A DNA stretch of 63,015 bases, the filler included, from Sluysia triapertura (lineage: Eukaryota): assembly GCA_046118255.1 (NCBI GenBank). It is 5 parts of 5 records of this genome, joined end to end, with 100 filler letters (N's around TTAATTAATTAA, not from the genome) between each part and the next. Parts side by side here need not be neighbours in the genome. Positions count along the whole stretch, not along the records: positions 25,899 to 37,171 come from JBJNIA010186536.1; positions 37,272 to 49,318 come from JBJNIA010144721.1; 3 more parts are not named here. One strand, given 5' to 3'. Under the pieces are notes generated by a model, which did not search any database, was not told the origin of the DNA, and was given only the letters and a program-made list of their open reading frames with translations. Below, in pieces: positions 27,473 to 39,099 of the stretch. Position 1 is the stretch's first letter; every line of letters starts with the position of its first letter. Position numbers and translations under genes: made by a program.

Positions 27473-30400
27473 CTACAGAAATGAGCATTATGATACTTCC
27501 TGAAACGAATGAAATAATTTCATTTAAGGAACTTTCAAGATTGCAGAAAGATCATCAATATTATAATCTGTGACACTGTCTTTAGCTTTTTTGCAATTCA
27601 ACTCATGTTAATGTTCATGTTCAACTATGATAAACATTGATTATTATGTGATAGCCGTCTTAAAGAAGTTATGCACGAACTCAACCTTAAAATTCTTTTT
27701 ATAACTAATTTTATTTTTAATTTTAAAATTATAGACTATTTTAGTATTTTAATACGAGTAGTAATTCCTAAACTTATTGTTATCGCTATATAGGTTAGAT
27801 TCTTTCATGTTTTAGTAATAGATTTCGCGAGATCTGGGAAACAATCTGTCATTTTAATAAATAAAAATGCATAAAGTTCAGATTGATATTTAAAAAAATT
27901 ATTATATTAATTAAATCTCTTATTAACGAGATGTAAGGCAGTATGCTTACTGTAATGTTTCATCAAGACTTTGATCGATATCCGTAGCTCAGCCTTGGAT
28001 AGTCGTAGAAATTTGTATTGCAACACATCTAATTAATAATCAACTGTTGGGATTGTCCAACGGTGTGAGAAACAGATAAAACTAGAAAATAAAGGAGGAA
28101 CTTATACAAATTGATGAATTTAACATTATAAACATTGTCTAAATAAGAATCATGAAAATAAAAACATCTATAATAAAGTTAACAGCTAAAGAATATCTTA
28201 ATATTCCATAAGGAAGCTTGAAAAGGACACGGAAAACTTTTGAAGGAATTAAGGTTCCTTTGTATTTGTGAGTTTTTAGATTATTTAAAATTTTATTAAC
28301 CTTTAAGTATTATTGTAACCCTGATAAGCATCTAAGGTCTTCGAGTAATTTTATAAAGTATTTAATATTTTTAAAATAGTTGAGAAATAAAATCGTTGTT
28401 ATTGGTATTAAGAATAAGTTTAGTATAGTAATAATTAATATGAAGAAGTAGAAAGAGGAATCAGAGAGGTGAAGGTTAAAACATCTAGAGCCTACTGAAT
28501 GCCTTATAAATTACTAAATGGCTTCAGAACCTCAATAAAACCTTTAGACATAAAATAAGATTAAGTCTAAAAATAGATTAATTAATTAAAATTTTAATTA
28601 ACCTAATTAAGAAAAAGTACATTTTTATGAATAACTTTTGAATGCGGAGTGCTGTGTTGAATTTGAAACTGTGTATGTATTTGTTTTGAAAATACTTTTC
28701 CATGAAGGTATGATTTGACCGAGTTCACGCAAGAAAAGCCTTAATATTGAGCAAAGTTTAATTAATTTTTAATTATGAAATGTTGAATTTGTTATACTTA
28801 GAGTGATGCACATATAATGAATGGAATATGAGATGATTGCTATGAAAAGGAGAATCTAAAAGTGCCTTCAAAATGTTTGTAGAATGGTTCGTTGGAGAAT
28901 AAGAACCTTAAAACATTTTTCATTAGAAAATTGGGTGCGAAAAATCGAAAATCAATTAAATTCGAAAAAAGTGAAATTAAATTCATTATTTTTATGTCTA
29001 TTAACAATATTGTTGATTTCATTTTAATGTGAGAAGTAATTTATGCAAAAATAGATAAACTAGAGTAAAAAAAAGTTATGGTTGATAATAAATCAAATTT
29101 CTATGTTTTGTATCCATGAAGTTTGACAGATCATACTTGTGCAATTGTGAAATTTGTTATTATCGGTCTAATTCTCAAAGATGTTTTGATGATTTCTTTG
29201 AGAGACTGTTTGATTGTGAGACTGCGGATTGATTGGATGATGAGAATTTTAAAATTTTACAAAAAAATCGCACAACACAAAAATTTGCAGAATTCAATTA
29301 GAAGATCCATCTTNNNNNNNNNNNNNNNNNNNNNNNNNNNNNNNNNNNNNNNNNNNNNNNNNNNNNNNNNNNNNNNNNNNNNNNNNNNNNNNNNNNNNNN
29401 NNNNNNNNNNNNNNNNNNNNNNNNNNNNNNNNNNNNNNNNNNNNNNNNNNNNNNNNNNNNNNNNNNNNNAATTAGTCTTATGGAAGGCATCCAGCCCAAT
29501 TTATTTTTAAAATATTTGAATTAATTATTTTATTTTAACGATTTTTAGATAACTTCGTGAGAGAAACTCTGCTCAAAATATTTTAAGTTTATTTGATTTT
29601 TAGCTACTGTAAAATAATTTTGTGGAAGACACTCTGGCAAATTTATTTTTAAAATATTTAAGCATTAAACTTTTATGCATTGAATATTACTATTTTAAAC
29701 TTTCTAGATATTGATATTTTTAGTGTATGTTCGTCCCCCTGGTTTCTTTAGACAGATAGTTATATCTTTGATACTATTATAAACGTTATTGTTAATCTCA
29801 TCATTTTAGTCATTTTTAGTATTATTTAGTGGAGATTTATAATAATAATTTGTATTAGTTTTTTGTTTAACTCTTAAATTATTGTGTTGTTCTTATTGAT
29901 TTGATTTTCAAAAACTTAATTTTGGGGTAAATAATTATAATTATCAAAATAAGAGAATTGTTGATAAAAATCTAAAAAAATCTATTATTTGTTGCAAATA
30001 GTTTATAAATAGTTTATAACATATGACTTTGATGAGGGTGTTCCCGTTTTCAAAAAGTTTGTAACAGCACGCAACCGTTAAAGTAAGTGTCGCAGTTATT
30101 ATTATGAAAGTATGTTAAGTTTTGAAATGTTGTGTCCCGTGACATTTATTTTATTTTATATATGTTATTTACTGATTTTTAATAAATTTATTAGGTTGGG
30201 TTGAATTCTGTTTAAAATTTTTTTTATGAAGGTTATGTTTCTAGATTGAATTTACCATATTTATTTAATGCAACTTGTAAGTGTGCGTAAATAATTTTTT
30301 TCTTACTAATTATATTTAAATTTGATAATTTCTAATTATATTTCATTAATATCTTGATCTATTCTATCAAAATCAGCGGACATGGCTAAGAGCACCATCA

Positions 30401-32559
30401 AAACTCTTTAAAATATCATAATTTCATCTGAAGGTTATGATTACACTGTTCTTTGAATTTGTAGTAAATATTATTTGTTTTTTAAATATTATTTAAATGT
30501 TACAATAATGCCTTTTTCACATATGACTAAAAATTTATGATCGAATTCTACTAATTTTTAATATGAGTTTAGATTGATAGTGTAATTTGCACATTATTTT
30601 ATAAATCTGATATCATTATTATTAATGATAACTTGTTCGCCTTTCATTGCTATTATGCCAGTTTAAAAAGAAGATTAAGGTTAATTTAAAACACAATACC
30701 TAGGAAATTTAATAGACATCAGTTTCTTTCAATTTTGTGGTTGTATCAAATGAATTTTAGGTAGTTTAATTATATTATATTTCAAATTTTAAATCTCTGA
30801 GGATGCGATCTCCCGCTTTCCTTTTAAACCCAAAGTACAAAACAATAAAATCATAAATAACAAAGGATGAAAAACCAAAATTCATAAAATAGCATAAGTA
30901 ATAAAAAATATTTATTGACAATGTTCAGTAACACCGAAAAGTTTCCGTATAATGTCATTTCGAATTTTTAATATTCTTTTAAAGCCAAATAGGATTTGTT
31001 GGCATCATAAAACTTTTTTTATAAACTTTAGATTTTAGATTGGAATTCTTTATAATTTAAATTATAATTTATTAAAGTGTGTTTTTCTCGTACATATATT
31101 TCATACAATGTTCGAGAATCTTACTGATTGTTATTCGAATTCATAAATGCCACGGGGTTTTTATTTATTCTTTTTATACTAGTATCGGACTCACTAATGT
31201 ATTTGGTACGCTCGTTGATTGTTTCAAGTAATTAAGTTCTTTCGGAATGTATACCTTGGATTACGAGAATTAGTCAGTTATTGCATTGTTTGAGATTCTC
31301 TTTACTTGACTTATTATTGTCCGAAAGCCTGTAATAATATAATATTCATACGAATTCAAATTTTTAATAAAAATATTTACAATTTTATGGAATCACTAGT
31401 CTGTTTTATGAAGTTCTATGACTTAGTAAGAGAGCAACAATTTATTTATTTTTGAAACAGCGACGAAATATATGAACTGCTATTACTTCATAAGATTTTA
31501 TGTGTTAAATTTTAAAATATTAAAAATATAAGTAATAAAACTTAACCTAAAATTTTAATCTAATAATACAATATTATATTGTTACATATTAAATAATATT
31601 AATCAATATAAAATTTGTCTATTTTTATAACATTTGTAATTTTTTTTGATTTGATTTTTACATCCTGTGAATCTGTCATTTTTACTAATGAATTAAGATA
31701 AGAAACATTAGACAAATTTGTTTATTTCTTTTAATATATCTTAATCAAATAAAGATAAATATATAGGTATTTTGTTGGTTTGAGTTAACAGAAGAAACTA
31801 GTATAATATATGCGGTTTAATTCAATCTTTCAGACATTTTATCACGTTGTGGATGAAAAGATTTAGTTGTTAATATATTAATTTTTAAGATTTCAGTCAA
31901 TAAATTCAAATAAGTTATTGATAATTTTATTATGAGCATCACAACGGAGTATTATTTTATCAAGAAAACTTTAGCTACAGTTTCTGCTATATGATTGGCA
32001 GAATTATTATCTCTACAATTATTATCAGATCTGAATATATTGTCTTTGATTTCAAAGGAATATCTGTTTGTACTTCTAATCTACCTCTTATTAAGTCTTA
32101 TTCTATGTTTGATTAATAATCATGATAGCGTTTTCTTTTTGATCGAAACATCCGTAATGAACTCTTGTCATATTGGAATAAGAGTTGTTTGTAACTAACA
32201 TACGATTGTGTTTATTAGTAAAATATAAAGCATTATTTTCAAATTTTTAAGTGATTAGTTAAATTGTTTAACGGAATGATATCTTGATTTGTAAATTTAA
32301 CAATTAGATTTATTATTTCATCAGCTTTGTGAATATGAAGTATACTTTCTTATTGCATTTAGATTTTATTAAATTATGAAAATTCTTTATGATAGGTTGT
32401 AACGTTCATGTATATTCTAATGCTCATTAAGAGATCATTTTATTGAAATTGATATTTGATGTGTAATTGTTCTCGCTATTAGATTTCTTATATATTAAAG
32501 TATGTAATCTGCGATAAGCATATAACTTTCTCTAGGCATAATCATGGAGCCATAGAATA

Positions 32560-33330
32560 AATTTCCAAAAAGGAAATGAAATTTCGAAAAAAGAAAACTC
32601 ACTTCTAAAAATAGAATAGAAGCTCTTGAGTGTTCTAGAACATCCATCGATTCATAAATAAACTAGCATCAGTACAATCATAAGCGCCATTTTTTATTTT
32701 CTACAGTGGTTTTCTAAGCGTTTGTCACAAAATTCACTCAATTCAATTTTGTTTACAATTAAATCTTAGTTACGATTTAATCTTGGTTAAAAATGGATAA
32801 TTATTATTAAATATCTTTGGAAGCAATTTTTATTCGAATCAATTCATGATTGTCGTAAGTTATTTTAGTTAAGGAGATACTAATTTATCTAAAATAGCAT
32901 CCTCAAATCAATGTAAATTTATTTTTCAAATGTATATTAAGTTACCCGACATATTGAGGGATAAAATCTACTTTGTTATAAAAATACAATTAAAGACCCT
33001 CGTGGTTTAATTGAAAATTTTAATTTTTCTATTCACTTTTACTTACTTTATTTTATCTCTTGTAACATTACTTTTAAGAACATCTTTGTAAATTTTAATT
33101 TTTGTAATTTTTAATAATAACATTTTTACTACAGATAAGTGAAAAATTTATTAAATTATTAAGAAATTAGATTTAAGACTCGCTAAGAAACAATACTTAG
33201 AAATAAACTTAGAAATTTCATTTTTAAGTTACAGATAAATTGTAAGTTTAGATTTGATAACATATAGTTATAGGAACGCTTAGTGTAACCGGACCCTGCT
33301 CAAAAAAATTTTGCCGCAGGTTAAGTGTTA
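32560..33330 (+). repeat. LTR-like dispersed repeat family A copy
   Basis: CTTCTAAAAATAGAA..TGTTCTAGAACA..AAACTAGCATC..CGCCATTT, and about 620 bp later the shared motif TGTAACCGGACCCTGCT..TTGCCGCAGGTTAA. Confidence 0.7.
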
Positions 33331-35336
33331 GAAAAATTGTCTAGAAAAAAATTTAATGTCTTCATCCATATCTGAAAAAACTTTCAAGAATAAAGTTTAC
33401 AGTTTCTATATTACAAAATTAATTAAGAGCATTTTGTTTGGAAGGTTCTTTTTGGTCGTAAAGTTCGAAAGGTTTTATTAAATTATTAAATATAAATTAT
33501 TGAAAGTGTCATAGTCGAAGTTATAACACGTTATAGCAATGTTATGTTAAGAATTTCAAATAAATATTTACTAGAACTAAAATATAGCACTTAAGATGCT
33601 TTAAACGTTCAAAACTGACTTAAGGATTGTAGTGAAATTCACATCTACATATCAACATCGCAAACACATTTCATCTCAAATGAACATTTCTTACAGAAAT
33701 AAAATGTTAAAAAATACTCAATTCATTCAAAACATAAAAATAGTTATAGCGCATAATTATCACAACTTATGTTTATTGTTATCATGTTTTCTATCATAAT
33801 AATAATTTTCATAATGATTGCAAATTCTCGCAATACTATTAGCATTATCATATTAAACTATTAAATTCTATTTTTTTAGTTGTTTTCATAATAACTATTA
33901 TTATTGTTGTAATTACTTTAATAATTCTGCAATTTTTTTTATTATCAATGTTGTAATTGTTACTATTATCAATATTGTTGTAATTTCTTTCTCTTATTTT
34001 TTGTACGTATGTAGAATGATAGTGTCTGTAGATTTTTGTCACATACTCGTGCAATGAATACACTACCATTTCAGAAAGAACATAGAATGAAATATTTCAA
34101 AAATTTTGTTTGTGTTGGAACCATTGAAATCAACAGAATATCAATATAGATCAGTTATGCCTTGTTTTAATAAATCAGCATCAGATTAATACATAAAATT
34201 AATTCTATAAGTATTTATTTATTAGTTCTATTCGCATCTTTGCTTAATCTGATAATCATTATAATGTTCCCACTGAAAAACAATCGATTCACTGATAACC
34301 TATGGTTCTATATTTAAATTATTGACATTTCTAATTGGATTTATTTTTCATATGCTGCCTTTGAAAATAGTGAAGAGGATGATGATATTGATGATGATTT
34401 TGTACTTAACCATTGTTAATTAGTATACATAGCAATAATGGCATGTATGCCAAGAATATTATTAATTATTGTATTTTATCGTTGTCGAATTATTTACGAA
34501 TTTTTGGTATTTCACATAATATGGACTTCATATTTATAGGAATGTTAATAAAACTTGGCTGTATAAAATGAAATCTACGAATTCGTCTTCGAAAGAAACA
34601 AATAAGAACATCACGATTATTCAGAGATGGCTTTTATATTTAGTGAAATGGATATGCGAAATTTGATAATTAAAAATTGCGATGCTAAATGTATAATATC
34701 ATCAAATAATAATTTAGAAAGCCTGATACTTATCATATGGAATGAAAATGTTGAATGGTATCCTGGAATGCAGCATTAATGACATCCAATGAAGCTGACG
34801 CACATTATAAATTAACAGCTCCATTTGAAGCATATAATCAAATTTTGATAGATAAAGTTCATGAAAAACAAATATTAGGTTATAATTATTTGAAAATACT
34901 TAAAGACTTATCGAAACAATTAGAAGTGCATAATAAATAAGGATTGTTAAAGAAGAAGATTTACAACAATTCAAAATGGTTAAAATGACAAAATTTCTAT
35001 AAATCATTACCATCATAATTATATTTTATATGTAAAAGAAAATCGTTTTTATTTATGAAGAATTGTATGATTTAAGATATAATAATTAATAATAAAACTA
35101 TTGGTCAACAAAAAATCAATAATTCTTAAAATTTTGTTTGACTATTTAAATGCAATTTGCTAATGTAAGTTTCACATAAGCGTATGGAACTTTCTCTCAT
35201 AGCTATTATCACGAGAAGTACATTTAATTTCGTCAGTTTGACTTTTATTGATAAGTTTTAAGCTCGTTCTACATACAGTTATTGATGAATCAAAAATACA
35301 GTTGGCTGTACAATCAAACAGAGTTTTATTATGAAT

Positions 35337-35848
35337 ATTATTATTATCATTGTTATTATAACCATCTTTATGCTTATCATTATCATTATAGTTATAGATT
35401 TTATAATTTTATGATTATTATTGTAATTATAATTAAAATTATTGTTATGATTGTTTTTATGCTTATTATAATAATTATAATCATCATGCTTATGCCTAAA
35501 GTTTTCAATGATTTTTTACTTAACTGTTTATAAAAAATTAAAAGTAAAAACTCAGTTTTTATGAAATTTATAATTTTAAAGCTTTCCATAATTCTAACTA
35601 TTTTACGCTCTCACCAAAATGGTGTCCGGCTAAAGAGACAAACAAATTGACCAAATCTTTTATCTTTATCTATAGTTTTGATAATGATATTGATAGCGAA
35701 AATGATGATTATAATTACTATATTAAGCATAAAAATAATCATAACAATAATTTTAATTATAATTACAATAATAATCATAAAATATAAAAACTATAACTAT
35801 AAAAACTATAAGCATAAAGATGGTTATTATAGCAATGATAACAATAAT
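35337..35848. repeat. Long inverted repeat: about 150-bp arms, about 215-bp spacer
   Basis: 35337-35487 is the close reverse complement of 35702-35848, including non-microsatellite anchors AACCATCTTTATGCTTA / TAAGCATAAAGATGGTT. Confidence 0.85.
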
Positions 35849-37114
35849 GATAATAATTATTATAGAGAAAATATTAATAACAATAGTGATAATGATGATT
35901 GTAACGACAATAACGATAATAAAGACAATGACAAAATCTGTGCTGTTTGATATTGACAATATAACTGAAAAACCGATATTGGTCTTTACATTATTGTTAT
36001 TATCATAATGTAAAGATACCATTAAGGGCTCATGCGTACATTCAAAATTGATCACACAAATAAAACATTGAAAAGTCATATTATTCATAAATCAACAAAA
36101 TTGATACTAAATTTTATACTGATTTTGTCTTCTAGGTCGAAAACTTCGGTTATTTGAATAATCTTTATTTAAATTTGAATGAGAACATTTGGTAAGGAAA
36201 TGATGATCTAACTAATCATTGGTTGTTAGTTTCAATGTCATTTTGATTAATAGATGTCATTGTTTTGCGACTTGATTAATAAAACTCAGATCGATAATTG
36301 AATATGAAACCGACATTGGAATTCGAATAATTTCCATCGTTCACAGTAATTTGAATTTGCAGATGATTTTCATCTTGAAAACGATTCCAAATATTGACGC
36401 TTTTCATGGAAATTGCATTTATTGCGTTAAGAAAATCACTTAAAAATATCATTCTTTCATGATCTGGACTTAATTGCTTAAGGAATTCATTAAGAAGCTA
36501 CACGAATCGCATCTGTATTTGAATCACTTAGATGGATTTTTATTTTGTTGATTAAATCATTATAATTAATAAAACAATTTCCTAATTCATCTTCAAAATC
36601 ACATTTTTTTAATATTTTAAATTTTTGCATTTATTCTTATTAATATTAAACAAACACGTTTTTTTAGACAAAAGCGCATTGTTATACATCAAAAGTGTTA
36701 CAATCATAATTTAAAAAATAATTTCAATTAGAATAAAATGAAATAAAGCTTATAGCAAAACCGTTTCGATAAAAAATAAAAATACAATAATTATTACAGA
36801 TCAATCGTATTTTTAAAATTTAATATCTTTATAATTATTTAATAACATTATAAATTAAATTAGAAGAAATTTATTTAAGCTTTTACTTGTTCAACACTAC
36901 ACTACGCATTATTTTTGCTTTATGTAATACAAAAGATACAAACAATTATTATTTTTTCAACTTTTTAATTCTTCTAATTGAAATATAATATCATTCACAT
37001 GAAATTCAAAGTTATAATTATTCGAATATTAACATTACAAAAATAAATATTTAAAATACTTAAGTGATGTGTTTATTTGTTTTACCCACATGTGATGAAC
37101 AACAACAACAACTG

Positions 37115-37154
<40 letters not shown>

Positions 37155-37271
37155 TATTATTATTATTATTANNNNNNNNNNNNNNNNNNNNNNNNNNNNN
37201 NNNNNNNNNNNNNNNTTAATTAATTAANNNNNNNNNNNNNNNNNNNNNNNNNNNNNNNNNNNNNNNNNNNN

Positions 37272-37464
37272 ATCAGCCAATAGAAATCGATAGAATGTTC
37301 TATAACATTCTAGAAGCTTCTATTCTATTTTTAGAAGCTTATTTTCTTGGAATTTTTATTTTCTTTTTTGGAAAATAAAGTTGTTTAAAGGTATTTAAAT
37401 ATTTTTTAAGTGATTTTTAATGATGTTTTTGATAATTTTAAAGGGTTGTGAAGGCAACCTAACA
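37272..37464 (-). repeat. LTR-like dispersed repeat family A copy, truncated by a gap
   Basis: Same blocks in reverse; ends AGGGTTGTGAAGGCAACCTAACA. Confidence 0.75.
37293..37320. promoter_or_regulatory. Heat-shock element array (6 phased nGAAn units, 1 mismatch)
   Basis: GAAtgTTCtaTAAcaTTCtaGAAgcTTC next to CCAAT (37277-37281). Confidence 0.6.
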
Positions 37465-37500
37465 AATAGAAGTCATTTGATCATTTCAAAAAATTCAACG

Positions 37501-37913
37501 ATGAAGCTATTCCTCTGTTCAAACTCAATTCAAGGTCATGTGCAACAAGAATGTGTAATCAGCTATTGATATTCTCTGAATTTTAACTAAAAATAAAAAA
37601 TTGATTCTAGTTGCTTCAAACTAAATGTAATTTTGTAACCTATCGCGGTTATTACGTACAAACTGAACTTTCACGGACAATAATCAAACCGGTGATTCTC
37701 GGACATCGTTTAGCTGTGATTACACAAAACTTAACAATGTCTCATAAAGAAATTACGGAAATTGAAACTAATGACATTATATCGTTAAATTATTTTGCTA
37801 ATACTGGAAGAATGTATGAGTCTAAAATCGTATTTTTCACTAATATAAATACGAAATCGACTGAATTGCGAACCAACACCATTTCATATTCTAAGTCAAT
37901 CAAAATTATCTAA
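37501..37913 (+). CDS. Possible two-exon coding fragment of unknown function
   Basis: ATG at 37501 MKLFLCSNSIQGHVQQEC, a 56-nt GT..AG intron (37555-37610), in frame with the 100-codon ORF 37611-37913 of non-low-complexity composition. No recognised family. Confidence 0.3.
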
Positions 37914-38197
37914 ACCATTAACAGGCATGTATTGTAATTTTGACTATTGAATTAATAATAAATTTTGTGAACATTGTTTAATTTAATTTCGTTTCATCGA
38001 AATTTACTTTTTAATTATTTTAGAATTTTTTTAGAATATTTAGAATATTATTAGTAAAAATTTTATTAATTTTGTGATAAAATTAATGAAGTACTCAATA
38101 TGAATTATTTTATACTATACTGAAGTTGAATATAAAAATGAAAGGATTTATTGAATCATTCAAACAATATTGTACATTATGAATTGAAATTTTTCAG

Positions 38198-38663
38198 CAG
38201 ATTCTTAGTACACCAACTCAATTAGTCATAGGAACTATATTAATATTCATTGAATTCATTTTAATTATCATCATTAGAAAACGCTATCCATCTTATACAG
38301 GTGCATATTATTTGGATCGTCAAAGTGCGTATTTGATATGTACTATCCCACACACATTAGCAGTATTTTTACCGATCTTATTTGATGGTGTTTTGGTATT
38401 ATTTTGTACTTGGTATGCAAGTAAAACTCGAAAATTACCGGAAATTCGTTGGTTTTACTATGTATAAAATATGTATAATATGGGTTGGATTAGTACCGAT
38501 ATGTTTTAGTATTGATTTTAAAATTATCTCAATGTCATTTGCCATTAATTTATCTGCTACTGTTGCTTTAGTATTGCTTTTTATACAGAAAATTTACATC
38601 ATTTTATTACGACCTGAAAAAATAAATCAAAAAAATCGATATTTTATTTTGGTAACATGTTAA
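38198..38663 (+). pseudogene. Metabotropic glutamate receptor (class C GPCR) TM4-TM7 fragment with a frameshift
   Basis: Frame 1: ILSTPTQLVIG..YLIC..LVLFCTWYASKTRKLPE. Frame 2: KFVGFTMYKICIIWVGLVPI..LSATVALVLLFIQKIYIILLRPEK. The conserved ICL3 NFNEA is deleted at about 38441-38447, shifting frame. Confidence 0.88.
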
Positions 38664-39099
38664 AAACAGTAAACACTGTTTATCTTACATTTATTGCTAT
38701 TGAATTTCGAAATTTGTATTATTCAATATCTGAAGATACATGCTTTATTTGTGCTAAAAATAATGTTATTGTGGAACTAATTTTGTTAAATGCATTGAGT
38801 TTTGTCAAAATTGTATGTATTCAAATGAACCAGTAATTATAAAGTACTGTGTAATTTCAAATTCATGTCTTGACATATTTGATGCTTCTAATTATACTGT
38901 TTCCTATGATTCTTGTTTACGGTGCTATGATTCAACCCGTGCAAACTATTCAACCCAACGAGACACATTACCTTGTACAATTATGAATTATGGAGATTTG
39001 GAATGTGAAGTAGATGATAACCTGGTTTTAACTATGAGAATTACATTTGATTTTTTAATCAGCGTTATATGTTTTTTAAACTTTTATCTGCTGTTTTAA
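38657..39099 (+). pseudogene. Small Cys-rich, putatively secreted/GPI-anchored protein with one frameshift (Ly6/three-finger-like is uncertain)
   Basis: ATG at 38657: MLKTVNTVYLTFIAI..DTCFICAK. Frameshift near the A-run at about 38756-38763, then CYCGTNFVKCIEFCQNC joins ORF 38815-39099. About 13 Cys, a hydrophobic C-tail and AATAAA overlapping the stop. Confidence 0.55.

Noticed and set aside
35282-36088. Cluster of Ile/Asn-rich ORFs (also 7309, 9095, 49587, 53616, 60639 and others)
   Set aside because: Products of ATT/AAT low-complexity sequence with no protein-family signal.
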